Source: an uncultured cyanobacterium (GTDB lineage: Bacteria > Cyanobacteriota > Cyanobacteriia > Cyanobacteriales > Nostocaceae). Taken from it: a DNA stretch of 64,000 nt. The stretch is taken from NCBI GenBank assembly GCA_963706595.1, contig OY970166.1, positions 448,001 through 512,000 of the forward strand, read 5' to 3'. The notes beneath the pieces were generated by a model. The model did no database searches. It was given only the letters and a program-made list of their open reading frames with translations, and had not been told where the DNA came from. The translations under genes and the position numbers were made by a program. Below are positions 32,265 through 42,808 of this stretch, in pieces. How positions within the stretch are numbered: position 1 is the stretch's first letter; each line of letters begins with the position of its first letter.

Positions 32265-32525
32265 ATGTCCCAGTCTACGCTTACGGTTAAAATCAAGTTA
32301 TTTGCTGCGTACCAAGAAGCATATCAGGTGTCAGAACTGATACGGGAATTTCCTCATGGTACGCCAGTAAAGGCAGTGTGCGATCGCTTGATTACAGAAC
32401 ACCCAGAACTCAGCCAATGGCGTGACATCACCCGTTTCGGCATTAATTTAATATTTGTTGAACCAGATAGCCTACTGCAAAACGGCGATGAAGTTGTGCT
32501 AATTCCGCCGGTGAGTGGCGGCTAA
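32265..32525 (+). CDS. moaD: MoaD-family sulfur carrier (molybdopterin synthase small subunit)
   Basis: KLFAAYQE, GDEVVLIPPVSGG. Confidence 0.85.
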   Translation: MSQSTLTVKIKLFAAYQEAYQVSELIREFPHGTPVKAVCDRLITEHPELSQWRDITRFGINLIFVEPDSLLQNGDEVVLIPPVSGG

Positions 32526-32598
32526 AAAAGTTCGTAGTCGGGCTAAAGCCCTGAAAAACTGGTAACAGAGCAATTAATAGCCCACTACGAACAAAATG

Positions 32599-34245
32599 CT
32601 ATTTTTCATTTAAAGCCTTACCCAGACGAGTTAAACCTTGAGAACAATCAAACCTGTCAAAGTGAATTTCAATAAAAGAAACACAGTGAATATTAGCTTT
32701 TGCTTGGGATAAAGCTGCTTCTAATTCGCCTTCTGTCGCCACTTCACAACTCCAACTTTCCCCAAAAATTTGGGGAAGTTGATGATATTTCCAAGGTTGA
32801 ATATCATTATAAGGTCCATCTTGAATCACCCGCTCAATGGTATAGCCATCATTATTAATTAAGAAAATAATCGGGTTCAATTTGTATTTGATAATGGTGG
32901 ATAATTCTTGAGCAGTCATTTGAAAAGCGCCATCTCCCACAAAAATCATCAGGCGGCGATGGCTATCAGCCATGGCTGCACCCAAACAGGCGGGAATAGA
33001 ATAACCAATGGATAAGTAAAAAGCTTGTCCAATAAAATCGGTTTTTTGAGGCATTAATAAATCCATTGTGGAGATAATTGCATCTCCAGTATCAGCAATC
33101 ACAATAAAACCATCTTCTAGAAAATGGTTCATGCGTTCATAAAAGCGCCGATTTGTCAATTTGTTTTCAGGTTGGGGAATAAAACTTTTATAAAGTACAT
33201 CCGAAGCCGGGGTAATTTGCAAAGTTTCCGCCTCTTTTTTCCGCAACTTGGCAATTAAACCATCAATGAAATCTCCCAAATAAACAGGTTGATAAAAATG
33301 ATGTTTAATCTTGACTTTCTCTGAGTTAGCATTAATTAACTTGCGCTCATCCAGGTTAGCGGTATATCCTCCCAAATTCATATCAGACATAATCGCACCC
33401 AGACACAAAATACAGTCAGCCGTTTCGATGCGTTGACAGACATCATCTCGACTCAAAGCCCCTACATAGTTACCAATAAATTGCGGGTGCATCTCGGAAA
33501 TACAAGATTTACCCAGCATCGTTGTAGCTAGGGGATAACCAGTAGTTTCTAAAAGTTGCAACAGTTTATTTTGTAACCGAAAGCGATTAAATTCAACCCC
33601 GGCTAAAATGACGGGACGCTGTGCTTTTTCTAATAATTCAACTGCTTCTTCTACAGCTTCTTCTAAGGCTTCTGGTAATGTTTCTGGATTTGTTAATTTG
33701 AATGGCGAAGGTAATTGAGTTTCAGGCAGAGTGCAAGATTGATGCACCAAATCTAAGGGAATTTCAATATAAACAGGTCGTTTGTAATGCAGACAAGCCG
33801 CCAGAGTTTGATCAATTTGGCTCGCTGCTTGACTGGCTTTAGTCAGGTTGACGGCAGCAACTGTAATTTTTTCCATAATGGCAAGCTGGAGGTTATAGTC
33901 TCCTGTGGTGTGGTGTAGCAGCAAGTTACTTTTTCTCACCGAACTGTTAGGCGCACCACTAATTACTACCAGGGGAACTCGTTCTGCATAAGCTCCAACT
34001 ACAGCATTAACTAAACTAAAGCCACCCACACCATAGGTAATACAAACAGCACCTAAACCCCTGACCCGTGCATAGGCATCTGCTGCATAGCCAGCATTCA
34101 ATTCATTACAATTACAAATTAAATTAATGGCAGTTTTGTTTAAAACATCCATTAAATCTAGTACATAATCTCCGGGGACACCAAATATATGTTGGACACC
34201 TAAGCTTTCTAATCGGTGAAATAAATATTCGCTAACTGTAGTCAT
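32599..34245 (-). CDS. ThDP-dependent alpha-keto acid decarboxylase (pyruvate/indolepyruvate decarboxylase family)
   Basis: FGVPGDY, NELNAGYAADAYAR, LLHHT, GDGAFQMT..NNDGYTIER. Confidence 0.93.
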   Translation of the reverse strand: MTTVSEYLFHRLESLGVQHIFGVPGDYVLDLMDVLNKTAINLICNCNELNAGYAADAYARVRGLGAVCITYGVGGFSLVNAVVGAYAERVPLVVISGAPNSSVRKSNLLLHHTTGDYNLQLAIMEKITVAAVNLTKASQAASQIDQTLAACLHYKRPVYIEIPLDLVHQSCTLPETQLPSPFKLTNPETLPEALEEAVEEAVELLEKAQRPVILAGVEFNRFRLQNKLLQLLETTGYPLATTMLGKSCISEMHPQFIGNYVGALSRDDVCQRIETADCILCLGAIMSDMNLGGYTANLDERKLINANSEKVKIKHHFYQPVYLGDFIDGLIAKLRKKEAETLQITPASDVLYKSFIPQPENKLTNRRFYERMNHFLEDGFIVIADTGDAIISTMDLLMPQKTDFIGQAFYLSIGYSIPACLGAAMADSHRRLMIFVGDGAFQMTAQELSTIIKYKLNPIIFLINNDGYTIERVIQDGPYNDIQPWKYHQLPQIFGESWSCEVATEGELEAALSQAKANIHCVSFIEIHFDRFDCSQGLTRLGKALNEK

Positions 34246-34348
34246 GAGAGTTAGAGTGAGTTGACAAATTATATCCACAATTTTAGCGACATTAAAAAGC
34301 AGTTGGTTCAATGTACCAACCGCTTTTTTACCAATTTAGCTCTAAGTA

Positions 34349-35077
34349 TTAAGCTGAAGTGGCAGGTTTTTCATACAAGCGTAGGAGACTACTATTCACC
34401 ATAGATGCTGCGTCAGAAGCCAGCCAAGCTGTAAATTCGCCAATATCATCAGCAGTAATCCAGGTAGGTTGACTGCGGTCTTTGCTGGTGCGAGTTGCGA
34501 CCCAGCTATGAACAATAACTTCGTTAATTCGCACAGCTTTACCCTTATTTTCCGCCATCAACACCTGAGCCAGCATCAGCTGTCCAGCCGCAGGAATGCT
34601 CACAGGGCTGACATTGGCAATGGGGACTTCGGCTGCGGCTCCTCCAATCAAGGTGTAGCTAGCACCCTGACGTTCTTGAAGCATAGGTAGAAATGTTCGG
34701 GCGGCGATGAAGTGACTGGTTAAATTACTATCTAAATATTGTTGCCATTCTGCGATTGAGACTTCAGTTATGGGTTTGTTGCCAAACCACCAACCACCAA
34801 GGGACGCAACTACAGCATCAATCTGACCAAATTGTTTCAGCAGTTGATCGCGAATGCTCTCGGCACTATTAATTTGCCCAATTTCTCCGACAATGGGAAT
34901 AAAGCGCTCTCCATCAGCCAGTTTACCTAAATAACTGCGTAGTTCTTCGAGTTTTTCGGCTTGGCGCGACGGTACTACTACGATGGCTCCTGCTTTCAGA
35001 AATGCCCTCACAATCCCTTCTCCCACATTGCCGGCACCACCAATAATTAATGCAACTTTGTTCTCTAGTTGATTCAT
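34349..35077 (-). CDS. Atypical SDR oxidoreductase
   Basis: GGAGNVG Rossmann motif; no canonical YxxxK. Confidence 0.8.
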   Translation of the reverse strand: MNQLENKVALIIGGAGNVGEGIVRAFLKAGAIVVVPSRQAEKLEELRSYLGKLADGERFIPIVGEIGQINSAESIRDQLLKQFGQIDAVVASLGGWWFGNKPITEVSIAEWQQYLDSNLTSHFIAARTFLPMLQERQGASYTLIGGAAAEVPIANVSPVSIPAAGQLMLAQVLMAENKGKAVRINEVIVHSWVATRTSKDRSQPTWITADDIGEFTAWLASDAASMVNSSLLRLYEKPATSA

Positions 35078-35134
35078 GATTGCTCCCGAATTTATTTTTT
35101 TACGAAAACCCAGATTGAGAAAAAAAAGCAGTGA

Positions 35135-35890
35135 TCACGCCGCCAGTACCCCGCCATCGACAGCTAGGGTATGTCCGTTGACAAAATCGGTAGCATCAGA
35201 ACACAACCAAATCACAGCATTAGCAATGTCATCAGGTTTGCCCAAACGTCCGGCGGGAACAAAATTCTCAAAAGCTTTGGTATTACCGCCAGTTGCTTGA
35301 CTGAGCATTTCCGTTTCAATTGGCCCTGGTGCGATCGCATTTATCCGAATTTTTTGGGAGGCATATTCTAGTGCGGCGGCTTTTGTCAGCATCACTACAG
35401 CAGTTTTTGAGGCATCGTAAATCGATAAGCCAGGTGCTAAAGGACGAAAACCATTAATAGAAGATGTGTTGACAATTGCGCCGCCATTGCCTTGAGCCAA
35501 CATCTGGGAAATTTCGTGCTTCATGCAAAGAAAAACTCCCTTGACATTGACTCCAAAAACTCTGTCATAAGTTTGCTCTGTTTGCTCTGCCAGCAAGGCA
35601 TTTTCACCCAGCATCCCGGCATTATTAAAGGCGATATCCAGCCTACCAAACTTATTGACAACGGCAGCAATGGTTGCTTTTATGTCGGCTTCTTGAGAGA
35701 CATCGGCTTTCACAAAGAAACCTTCACTTCCTACCTGATGAATCAAGTTGACGGTTTCACTGCCTTCTTCTTCCCGCCGTCCGACTACAACAACTTTGGC
35801 CCCAGCATCAGCTAAAGCGATCGCAGTAGTACGCCCAATGCCAGAAGTACCACCAGTCACCAGGGCAACTTTGTTTTCTAACGGTTTCAT
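35135..35890 (-). CDS. Classical SDR oxidoreductase
   Basis: TGGTSGIG, NNAG, YDASK. Confidence 0.93.
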   Translation of the reverse strand: MKPLENKVALVTGGTSGIGRTTAIALADAGAKVVVVGRREEEGSETVNLIHQVGSEGFFVKADVSQEADIKATIAAVVNKFGRLDIAFNNAGMLGENALLAEQTEQTYDRVFGVNVKGVFLCMKHEISQMLAQGNGGAIVNTSSINGFRPLAPGLSIYDASKTAVVMLTKAAALEYASQKIRINAIAPGPIETEMLSQATGGNTKAFENFVPAGRLGKPDDIANAVIWLCSDATDFVNGHTLAVDGGVLAA

Positions 35891-35980
35891 CCAAATCGCT
35901 CCATTTTCACTAACTAGAGCAGTGTGCCTGATTTGGATTCTTCTTTACAAGAAGGAACTTCCAGGTGATATAGTTACCTC

Positions 35981-36352
35981 ATGGTTCCTAACAATCGGCA
36001 AATACTCCTAAGCGCAGACTGCCCTGTGCGGCAAATGCTTGATTTAGTCGGAGATAAATGGACACCGCCAGTACTGTATCTCCTATCTTCTGGTACTAAG
36101 CGATATACTGAGTTTCAACGTCAAATTCCTAAAATATCCAAAAAAATGCTGACACAAACCCTGAGAAGGTTGGAGTCAGCTGGTGTTGTTAATCGCACCG
36201 TATACCCGATTGTGCCGCCCAAGGTGGAATATGACCTCACGCCCTTTGGGGAAAAATTGATTGAACCAATTGCTGGGTTGGCAGCATGGGCTTGGCAGCA
36301 CCAAGAAGAATTAAAACTGGTATCCGAACGTCAGCAGAAATCAGAAGTTTAA
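35981..36352 (+). CDS. HxlR-family winged-helix regulator
   Basis: CPV..LDLVGDKW, SKKMLTQTLRRLE, PPKVEY.LT; divergent from the SDR genes. Confidence 0.92.
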   Translation: MVPNNRQILLSADCPVRQMLDLVGDKWTPPVLYLLSSGTKRYTEFQRQIPKISKKMLTQTLRRLESAGVVNRTVYPIVPPKVEYDLTPFGEKLIEPIAGLAAWAWQHQEELKLVSERQQKSEV

Positions 36353-36792
36353 GCTCGGACTTCTTCAGGCCAGAGTTCTCGCAACGCCGGCGGTAACATA
36401 TTAATCACATCATCAATTTCTCCTCTGGTAACCCGTTGGGCCAGTAGCTGGAATACCGCACGCACAACCCGCTCGGCATCAACTTCGGGGTCAATGTTGC
36501 GAAAATAATCACGGATATGCTGTAAAAATGCTTCTTTATTCCTTTCCTTGGTAGGGGTAGCTCCAGGTCGCCAGTTTTCGTAATAAAATCCCCCTAAGAG
36601 AATGGGTAATTGCGCTCCTAAATGTGCGGCTTCTGCGACCGTCAGGCGATCGCGCAGGGCGTGTAATGTGGCACGTAATGCCTGAAAGACTTGGTGCTTA
36701 CTTTCCCAGCCCAGCTGATTACACAAGTCATTTACCCAAGGAATTGTCGTCTGAATTGTGGTATCAAAAATATCCAGTCCTGTCATGGTCAT
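36349..36792 (-). CDS. DUF2267-like protein
   Basis: LRATLHALRDRL..EAAHLGAQLP..YYENW; SD CAGGAG before ATG 36792. Confidence 0.85.
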   Translation of the reverse strand: MTMTGLDIFDTTIQTTIPWVNDLCNQLGWESKHQVFQALRATLHALRDRLTVAEAAHLGAQLPILLGGFYYENWRPGATPTKERNKEAFLQHIRDYFRNIDPEVDAERVVRAVFQLLAQRVTRGEIDDVINMLPPALRELWPEEVRA

Positions 36793-37009
36793 AGCGATCG
36801 CTCCTGTCAAGTGCCTTGAATTAGCAAGGTTGAGACGCACCGAATCAGTCCCGACTCTTAAGGTTTCAAGGCTTTTCATGTCCTCAAGTCCATCCTAAGA
36901 ACTCAGAAGTCGCTTCTCCTCTGACTAATGGTGTGTGATACCTGATTTACGGCTCTGTCTAAGGGATTGAGTCCCTGTTAAACCTAACTGTGAGATTAAT
37001 TACACCCCA

Positions 37010-37065
37010 ATACCCGACAAAAATAGTCGGGTATGTTTGACGAGTATTTTGACTCATGTTAGTAT
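37010..37065 (+). promoter_or_regulatory. IscR/Rrf2-type palindromic operator next to a sigma70-type promoter
   Basis: ATACCCGAC-AAAAATA-GTCGGGTAT (37010-37034); TTGACG-17 bp-TAGTAT with TG extension. Confidence 0.7.
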
Positions 37066-37105
37066 CAGGCGATAGTTGACTGACAAAACAGGGAAGGCTT
37101 CATTT

Positions 37106-38411
37106 ATGACTCAGGCAATCACCAAAGATACCCAATCAACAACTTCGACTTTAAAAGCTTTAAAGTGTAAAGAATGTGGTACTGAATACGAACTTAAAGC
37201 CAGTCATGTCTGTGAGTTATGCTTTGGTCCACTGGAAGTTAAATATGATTTCAGTGAGTTACGCCTGACGATTACGCGTGAAAAAATTGCCGCCGGTCCC
37301 AATTCAATTTGGCGCTACCGTCCCTTTCTGCCCGTCGCAACTGATAATGTAATTGATGTGGGAACAGGGATGACTCCCCTAGTCCGTTCTCATCGCCTGG
37401 CTCGTCGCCTGGGTTTAAATAAGCTTTATATTAAAAATGATGCTGTAAATATGCCCACCCTGAGCTTTAAAGATCGGGTGGTGTCAGTGGCTCTCAGCCG
37501 AGCGCGTGAATTAGGTTTTACCACTGTTTCCTGTGCTAGCACTGGTAACTTGGCAAATTCTACAGTCTGCGATCGCAGCTCATGCCGGTTTAGATTGTTG
37601 TGTATTCATCCCCGCAGATTTAGAAGCAGGTAAAATCCTGGGTAGCTTAATCTACAGTCCTACACTGATGGCAGTTAAGGGCAACTACGACCAGGTAAAT
37701 CGTCTCTGCTCGGAAGTCGCTAATACACACGGCTGGGGTTTTGTCAATATTAATTTACGCCCTTATTATTCTGAAGGTTCCAAAACTCTAGGCTTTGAAG
37801 TTGCAGAACAACTCGGTTGGGAACTACCAGATCATGTAGTTGCTCCTCTCGCCTCTGGTTCACTATTCACCAAAATTTATAAAGGTTTCCAAGAATTTGT
37901 GGAAGTCGGTTTGGTGGAAGGTAAAGATGTCCGCTTCAGTGGCGCTCAACCCGAAGGTTGTTCACCCATCGCCCAAGCATTTAAAGAAGGGCGTGACTTT
38001 ATTAAACCAGTGAAACCGAATACAATTGCTAAATCACTGGCAATTGGCAATCCCGCAGATGGTATTTATGCTGTTGAGCTAGCCAAGAAAACTGGCGGTA
38101 ATATTGAATCAGTCAATGATGCTGAAATTATTGACGGCATCAAGCTACTAGCAGAAACCGAAGGCATTTTCACAGAAACAGCAGGTGGTACAACCATTGC
38201 TGTGCTGAAAAAATTAGTCGAAGCCGGCAAGATTGACCCAGATGAAACTACAGTAGTTTACATCACTGGTAATGGTTTAAAAACCCAAGAAGCAGTCCAA
38301 GGCTACGTCGGCGAACCTTTGACAATTGATGCTAAACTAGATAGCTTTGAACGTGCCTTAGAGCGCTCTCGTACACTTGACCGCTTGGAATGGCAACAAG
38401 TTCTCGTTTAG
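37106..38411 (+). pseudogene. thrC: Threonine synthase-family PLP enzyme with a +1 frameshift (real lesion or sequencing error)
   Basis: N-terminal CKEC/CELC; PTLSFKDR; ASTGNLA; deleting T37566 restores NSTAAIAAHAG and joins the two ORFs. Confidence 0.85.
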
Positions 38412-38502
38412 TTAGAAGTTGTGAGTTAAGAGATTTATTCCTAACTTTCAACTCCTAACTGTACTCTTAACTCTCCCCTTTCACTCTTAAATTTCTACTT
38501 CT

Positions 38503-38778
38503 ATGGCTGTTAAAGTTTTAGTTCCCACTGCACTGCAAAAATTTACAAATAACCAAGCTACCCTGACCTGTAGTGGTAGTAATGTTTCTGAATTATTCGA
38601 TTCTCTAGAGCAAAACTGCCCTGGAATCAAAGCCCGGTTATGTGACGAAAAAGGACAAGCCCGGCGATTTTTAAACTTCTATGTGAATAGTGAAGATATC
38701 CGCTTTTTAGATGGGATAGAGACACCATTAAAAGATGGTGATGAAGTCAGTATTGTCCCAGCTGTAGCTGGTGGTTGA
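38503..38778 (+). CDS. MoaD/ThiS (CysO-like) sulfur-carrier protein
   Basis: [28 protein letters not shown]. Confidence 0.88.
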   Translation: MAVKVLVPTALQKFTNNQATLTCSGSNVSELFDSLEQNCPGIKARLCDEKGQARRFLNFYVNSEDIRFLDGIETPLKDGDEVSIVPAVAGG

Positions 38779-38869
38779 TACAGAATAAGGGTTTTGTAGC
38801 ACGAAGCAGTTTTGACTTGAGATTCAGGCGATCGCACTCTTTGATTTAGGGGTGCATCGCATACAGTAT

Positions 38870-39082
38870 TTATCGGAGTTGGTTAAACTCTTCCTCAGTA
38901 ATACCCAACTGTTTAAGAATTTCATAAAACAACCATTTACCAATTTCAGCATTGCCATGAATAGGAATTGTGGTTGATCTTCCATCTGGATGTTGCCAAC
39001 GAGCATGACTGCCTTTCTGTCGCACTTTTTCAAAACCGAGTTTGCGTGCCGTCCGTTCTAATTCACTGGCTTTAGCTGGCAT
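38870..39082 (-). CDS. hicA: HicA-family mRNase toxin
   Basis: LGFEKVRQKGSH, TIPIHG, ILKQLG. Confidence 0.9.
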   Translation of the reverse strand: MPAKASELERTARKLGFEKVRQKGSHARWQHPDGRSTTIPIHGNAEIGKWLFYEILKQLGITEEEFNQLR

Positions 39083-39293
39083 TTGCAATCACCAGTTCAA
39101 CATCTTGAGGCAAAGAACGCCCTTGTTCTTCGTATTCTTCCTGAATCATTTCAAACACATAAACGAGTTCAGTACGGGCGGCCTCTGGTGTTTGTCCCCA
39201 AGCGTGACAACCAACAATCGCTGGCACATAAGCCACAAATGTGCCATTGTCATCGGGACGAATCACAATGGTGTAGTCTTGCAAAGGCTTCAT
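39072..39293 (-). CDS. hicB: HicB-family antitoxin (short, no DNA-binding domain)
   Basis: YTIVI..DDNGTFVAYVPAIVGCHAWGQTPEAA; overlaps the hicA start. Confidence 0.88.
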   Translation of the reverse strand: MKPLQDYTIVIRPDDNGTFVAYVPAIVGCHAWGQTPEAARTELVYVFEMIQEEYEEQGRSLPQDVELVIANAS

Positions 39294-39402
39294 GGGATCG
39301 AAGTTTTAGTTACACTTTATAGTTTACAGCGATCGCCAAGCTCTCCTATGTCAAAATGAAGGTAAAATCGCTCCCAAAGCTAGACAAAGGATTGACCTGA
39401 GC

Positions 39403-40032
39403 ATGGCAGAAGAAAAAAATCACAATCAAGCCGGAGAAGTGGCTCCCAGCACTGTTGACAAACAGGCTCCCACTGTCGCCGAAGAAAATGCTCCCAGCAC
39501 TGACGAACCAGTAGCAACAAACCTCCCTACTGCCAACACGCCAGATCCCAAAGCAGCGAACCCAGAAGTTAACCCCAACGCCGCTACAACAAAAACAGCC
39601 CCACCCAAGGCAGAAAAGCCCCCAGCCGCAGCTAAAGCCGCAAAAAAGGAAAAACCGCCAGCGTTGGAAGATAAGCCCTTTGTAGAGTTTATGGAGCAAT
39701 ATTACCTGCCAACTTTACAAAAGGCGATCGCGGATCAAGGTGTAGAAGATTTGCAGCTGGCTTTTGCGAAACAGAAACTTCCCATATCGGGGTTTCAGTC
39801 AGCCGAAGAATGCTGGCAAGTTATTGGCAGTTGGCAAAATGGTCAGCGCCAGTTTAACGTGTATTTCCCAGACGAAAGTATTACCGGGCAGAAGGGCTTT
39901 TCTTGTAACGAAGGTAAAAAACCTAGCACACTTGAGTCATTCTTAATTGATGAGCGCAAAATTACACTAGACCTTTTAGTATTTGGTATAGTGCAGCGTT
40001 TGAATGGTCAAAAGTGGCTAGGTAGAAATTAG
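39403..40032 (+). CDS. DUF2996-like protein
   Basis: Ala/Pro/Lys-rich N-terminus; KPPALEDKPF, ESFLIDERKITL..RLNGQKWL. Confidence 0.85.
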   Translation: MAEEKNHNQAGEVAPSTVDKQAPTVAEENAPSTDEPVATNLPTANTPDPKAANPEVNPNAATTKTAPPKAEKPPAAAKAAKKEKPPALEDKPFVEFMEQYYLPTLQKAIADQGVEDLQLAFAKQKLPISGFQSAEECWQVIGSWQNGQRQFNVYFPDESITGQKGFSCNEGKKPSTLESFLIDERKITLDLLVFGIVQRLNGQKWLGRN

Positions 40033-40529
40033 TTAAGTTCGTCAAAGCAGTAAATAACGGCTCCAGTAATGGGGTCGTTATCTATTCTGACATAGCCTGA
40101 TTTCAACATTTCTTTGAGTATAGCTTCCACTTCTGCAAAGCCTGCGCCTGTGGCACTCACACCTTGAGTCACCGTCAAACTCCCGCCCTTCCTTTCTGCC
40201 GCTTGCAGCAGTTCCATCATCAATTTGTTACCAGTTGGGCGGTAGACTTGAGAAGCGATCGCCTGTTGATTCACAGGTACACCCAAAGGAGATAAACCAG
40301 CTTTAATTCTGAGGTTTTCTTCGTAGTCATTAACCATATTTGGGATCAGCAACAAATCCACACACTGCCCTATACCAAACATACCAAAAGTAAATAACCA
40401 CAAAAGACCAGTTCCGATTTTGCCATTATATAAACGATGTAGCCCTCCTAATCCGACGAAAAAAAACGCTCCACTCAAAATATAAGAAACAAGAAGACGG
40501 TCTTTGTGCTGCTTGTTGTCAGGATTCAT
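40029..40529 (-). CDS. TM2/NINE-domain membrane protein
   Basis: GLHRLYNGKIGTGLLWLFTFG.FGIGQ..DLLLIP; start uncertain. Confidence 0.85.
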   Translation of the reverse strand: MNPDNKQHKDRLLVSYILSGAFFFVGLGGLHRLYNGKIGTGLLWLFTFGMFGIGQCVDLLLIPNMVNDYEENLRIKAGLSPLGVPVNQQAIASQVYRPTGNKLMMELLQAAERKGGSLTVTQGVSATGAGFAEVEAILKEMLKSGYVRIDNDPITGAVIYCFDELN

Positions 40530-40752
40530 CTTGTTTTCAACCCTTTGGATTTTCTCTTGTTGTTGAAGATGGATTGTTGATGCTATTTTCTTGTAAATCA
40601 GCGTCATCAGCTAGAGCAATTTAATTATGAAAAATCACTTGCTTCTATTGTAATAAAAACCACAATTGATGACATAAATAGGCGTATTTTGTGAATATTG
40701 ACCAAAAGAGGCAGGGGAGCATCGGAGCAAGGGGAAGTTAGAAATTACTTTA

Positions 40753-40897
40753 GGGACTTCCAAGAAATAAATTATCCAAATAAACGTTAGCGTAGCTTGC
40801 CGAAGGCTACCACTCCAAACACAGAGGACACAGAGTTATGAGACTTTGAGAGGTTTTTTGCGTTAGGTGATTGAGTATTTTTTTATTTGGAAGTCCC
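40753..40897. mobile_element. 145-bp MITE with ISAzo13 ends
   Basis: Same TIR (GGGACTTCCAA / TTGGAAGTCCC) and TTA duplication as the IS at 17471. Confidence 0.88.
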
Positions 40898-41317
40898 TTA
40901 AACTTCCTTACTTAACAACCGTTTCTCTTCTCCCCTGCACCCGGCCCCCTGCCCCCTTTCCTCTTCTTTGACCGCTAACCAGACTCTAACAAACTTATTC
41001 ACCAAAATCCTCGCGTGATTCTTGATCTGACTAGCGATTCTGGATTTTTGGTTCCTTCCAGGTTGAGATATTGTTGCAACTCTTAACTTTTTCTATACTA
41101 AATTCTAGGCTGCATATTGGTAGACTGAGTTTTATACAAATCAATTATTCTCGTCTGCCGCGCCTTGTCAGAGCATTACCCTCATACTCGTGGGGAAACA
41201 GAATGGCACAGAGACAATCAGGGCGAAACCTTGATGGAATCTGACTTTGTGAACTACGAATTGGTATTAGCTCTGTTGGTGTAATCAAGATCATAAAGAC
41301 AAAAGAGCAATTAAGAC

Positions 41318-42394
41318 ATGGTAGATTCCCTCAAAAAACCAGGCTTTGAAGAAATGCGGCCAGGTGTGAAAACCCCGGCTAAAGAAACCCTGTTAACACC
41401 CCGGTTCTACACCACCGATTTTGACGAAATGGCACGGATGGATATATCCGTCAACGAAGAAGAGTTGCAAGCCATTCTCGAAGAGTTCCGTGTTGACTAC
41501 AACCGCCATCACTTCGTGAGAGATGCCGAGTTTGAGCAATCCTGGGATCACATTGATGGAGAAACTCGCCAGTTATTTGTAGAATTCCTCGAACGTTCTT
41601 GCACAGCCGAATTTTCCGGATTTTTGCTGTATAAAGAACTGGGTCGTCGTTTGAAGGGAAACAGCCCATTATTAGCTGAATGCTTCAACCTCATGTCACG
41701 AGATGAAGCTCGTCATGCAGGCTTTTTGAACAAAGCGATGTCAGACTTCAATCTGTCGCTAGATTTAGGCTTTTTGACCAAGAGTCGCTCCTATACCTTC
41801 TTTAAGCCAAAATTCATCTTCTACGCTACTTATCTTTCAGAAAAAATTGGTTATTGGCGCTACATCACCATTTATCGTCATTTAGAAGCACATCCTGAAG
41901 ATAGAATTTACCCAATTTTCCGGTTCTTTGAAAACTGGTGTCAAGATGAAAACCGTCATGGAGATTTCTTTGACGCGATTATGAGATCCCAGCCACAAAT
42001 GTTGAATGATTGGAAGGCAAAACTTTGGAGTCGCTTCTTCCTGTTGTCAGTATTTGCCACAATGTATCTCAATGACATCCAGCGTAAAGATTTTTATGCT
42101 TCCCTGGGATTAGATGCGCGAGAATACGACATCCATGTAATTAAAAAGACTAATGAAAATGCGGGTAGAGTCTTTCCTTTGATGCTGGATGTAGAAAATC
42201 CTGAATTTTATCAGCGTTTAGATACTTGTATTCAGAATAACGAAAAATTGGCTGCGATCGCCAACTCTAAAACTCCCAAATTCCTGCAATTCTTCCAAAA
42301 AGCGCCAATTTATCTCTCTCATGCTTGGCAGTTCCTGCGGTTGTACTTAATGAAACCCATTGATACTGTTGCTACTCATGGCGGAGTGCGCTAA
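41318..42394 (+). CDS. acsF: Mg-protoporphyrin IX monomethyl ester oxidative cyclase
   Basis: [39 protein letters not shown] di-iron motifs. Confidence 0.98.
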   Translation: MVDSLKKPGFEEMRPGVKTPAKETLLTPRFYTTDFDEMARMDISVNEEELQAILEEFRVDYNRHHFVRDAEFEQSWDHIDGETRQLFVEFLERSCTAEFSGFLLYKELGRRLKGNSPLLAECFNLMSRDEARHAGFLNKAMSDFNLSLDLGFLTKSRSYTFFKPKFIFYATYLSEKIGYWRYITIYRHLEAHPEDRIYPIFRFFENWCQDENRHGDFFDAIMRSQPQMLNDWKAKLWSRFFLLSVFATMYLNDIQRKDFYASLGLDAREYDIHVIKKTNENAGRVFPLMLDVENPEFYQRLDTCIQNNEKLAAIANSKTPKFLQFFQKAPIYLSHAWQFLRLYLMKPIDTVATHGGVR

Positions 42395-42808
42395 CACCGC
42401 AAGGCGGAAGTCAAAAAGTTTATTCTATAAGCTTTTTATTGACTGGAAATAATGGACTTATTTACGCCGTGCTGTGCTAAGTTAGACAAATAATTTTTTG
42501 TAAGCGTGAGTGGTTCTGTATATAACAGAGCCACTTTTTTTATCTCATCCCGCCTTTGAGTTGTGCCAAAATCTCCCCTCTCCTTGCTTTCGCGTAGCGT
42601 CTCCCTTTGGGAGAAGGAGAGGGGCTGGGGGTGAGGTTCTATATTTTATTAAATCCCCATTTCTAAGTATAAATTGGGAGCAAATTTGGGAACATCAGCG
42701 TCAAGACTGATGGAAGCAATTGAGGTTTACCCTGATGCACAGAAGTTTTAGGCGTAAGCTGACACTTTTACTCACATTCAGCCTATTTACTACCTTGTTA
42801 CCTGCCGT

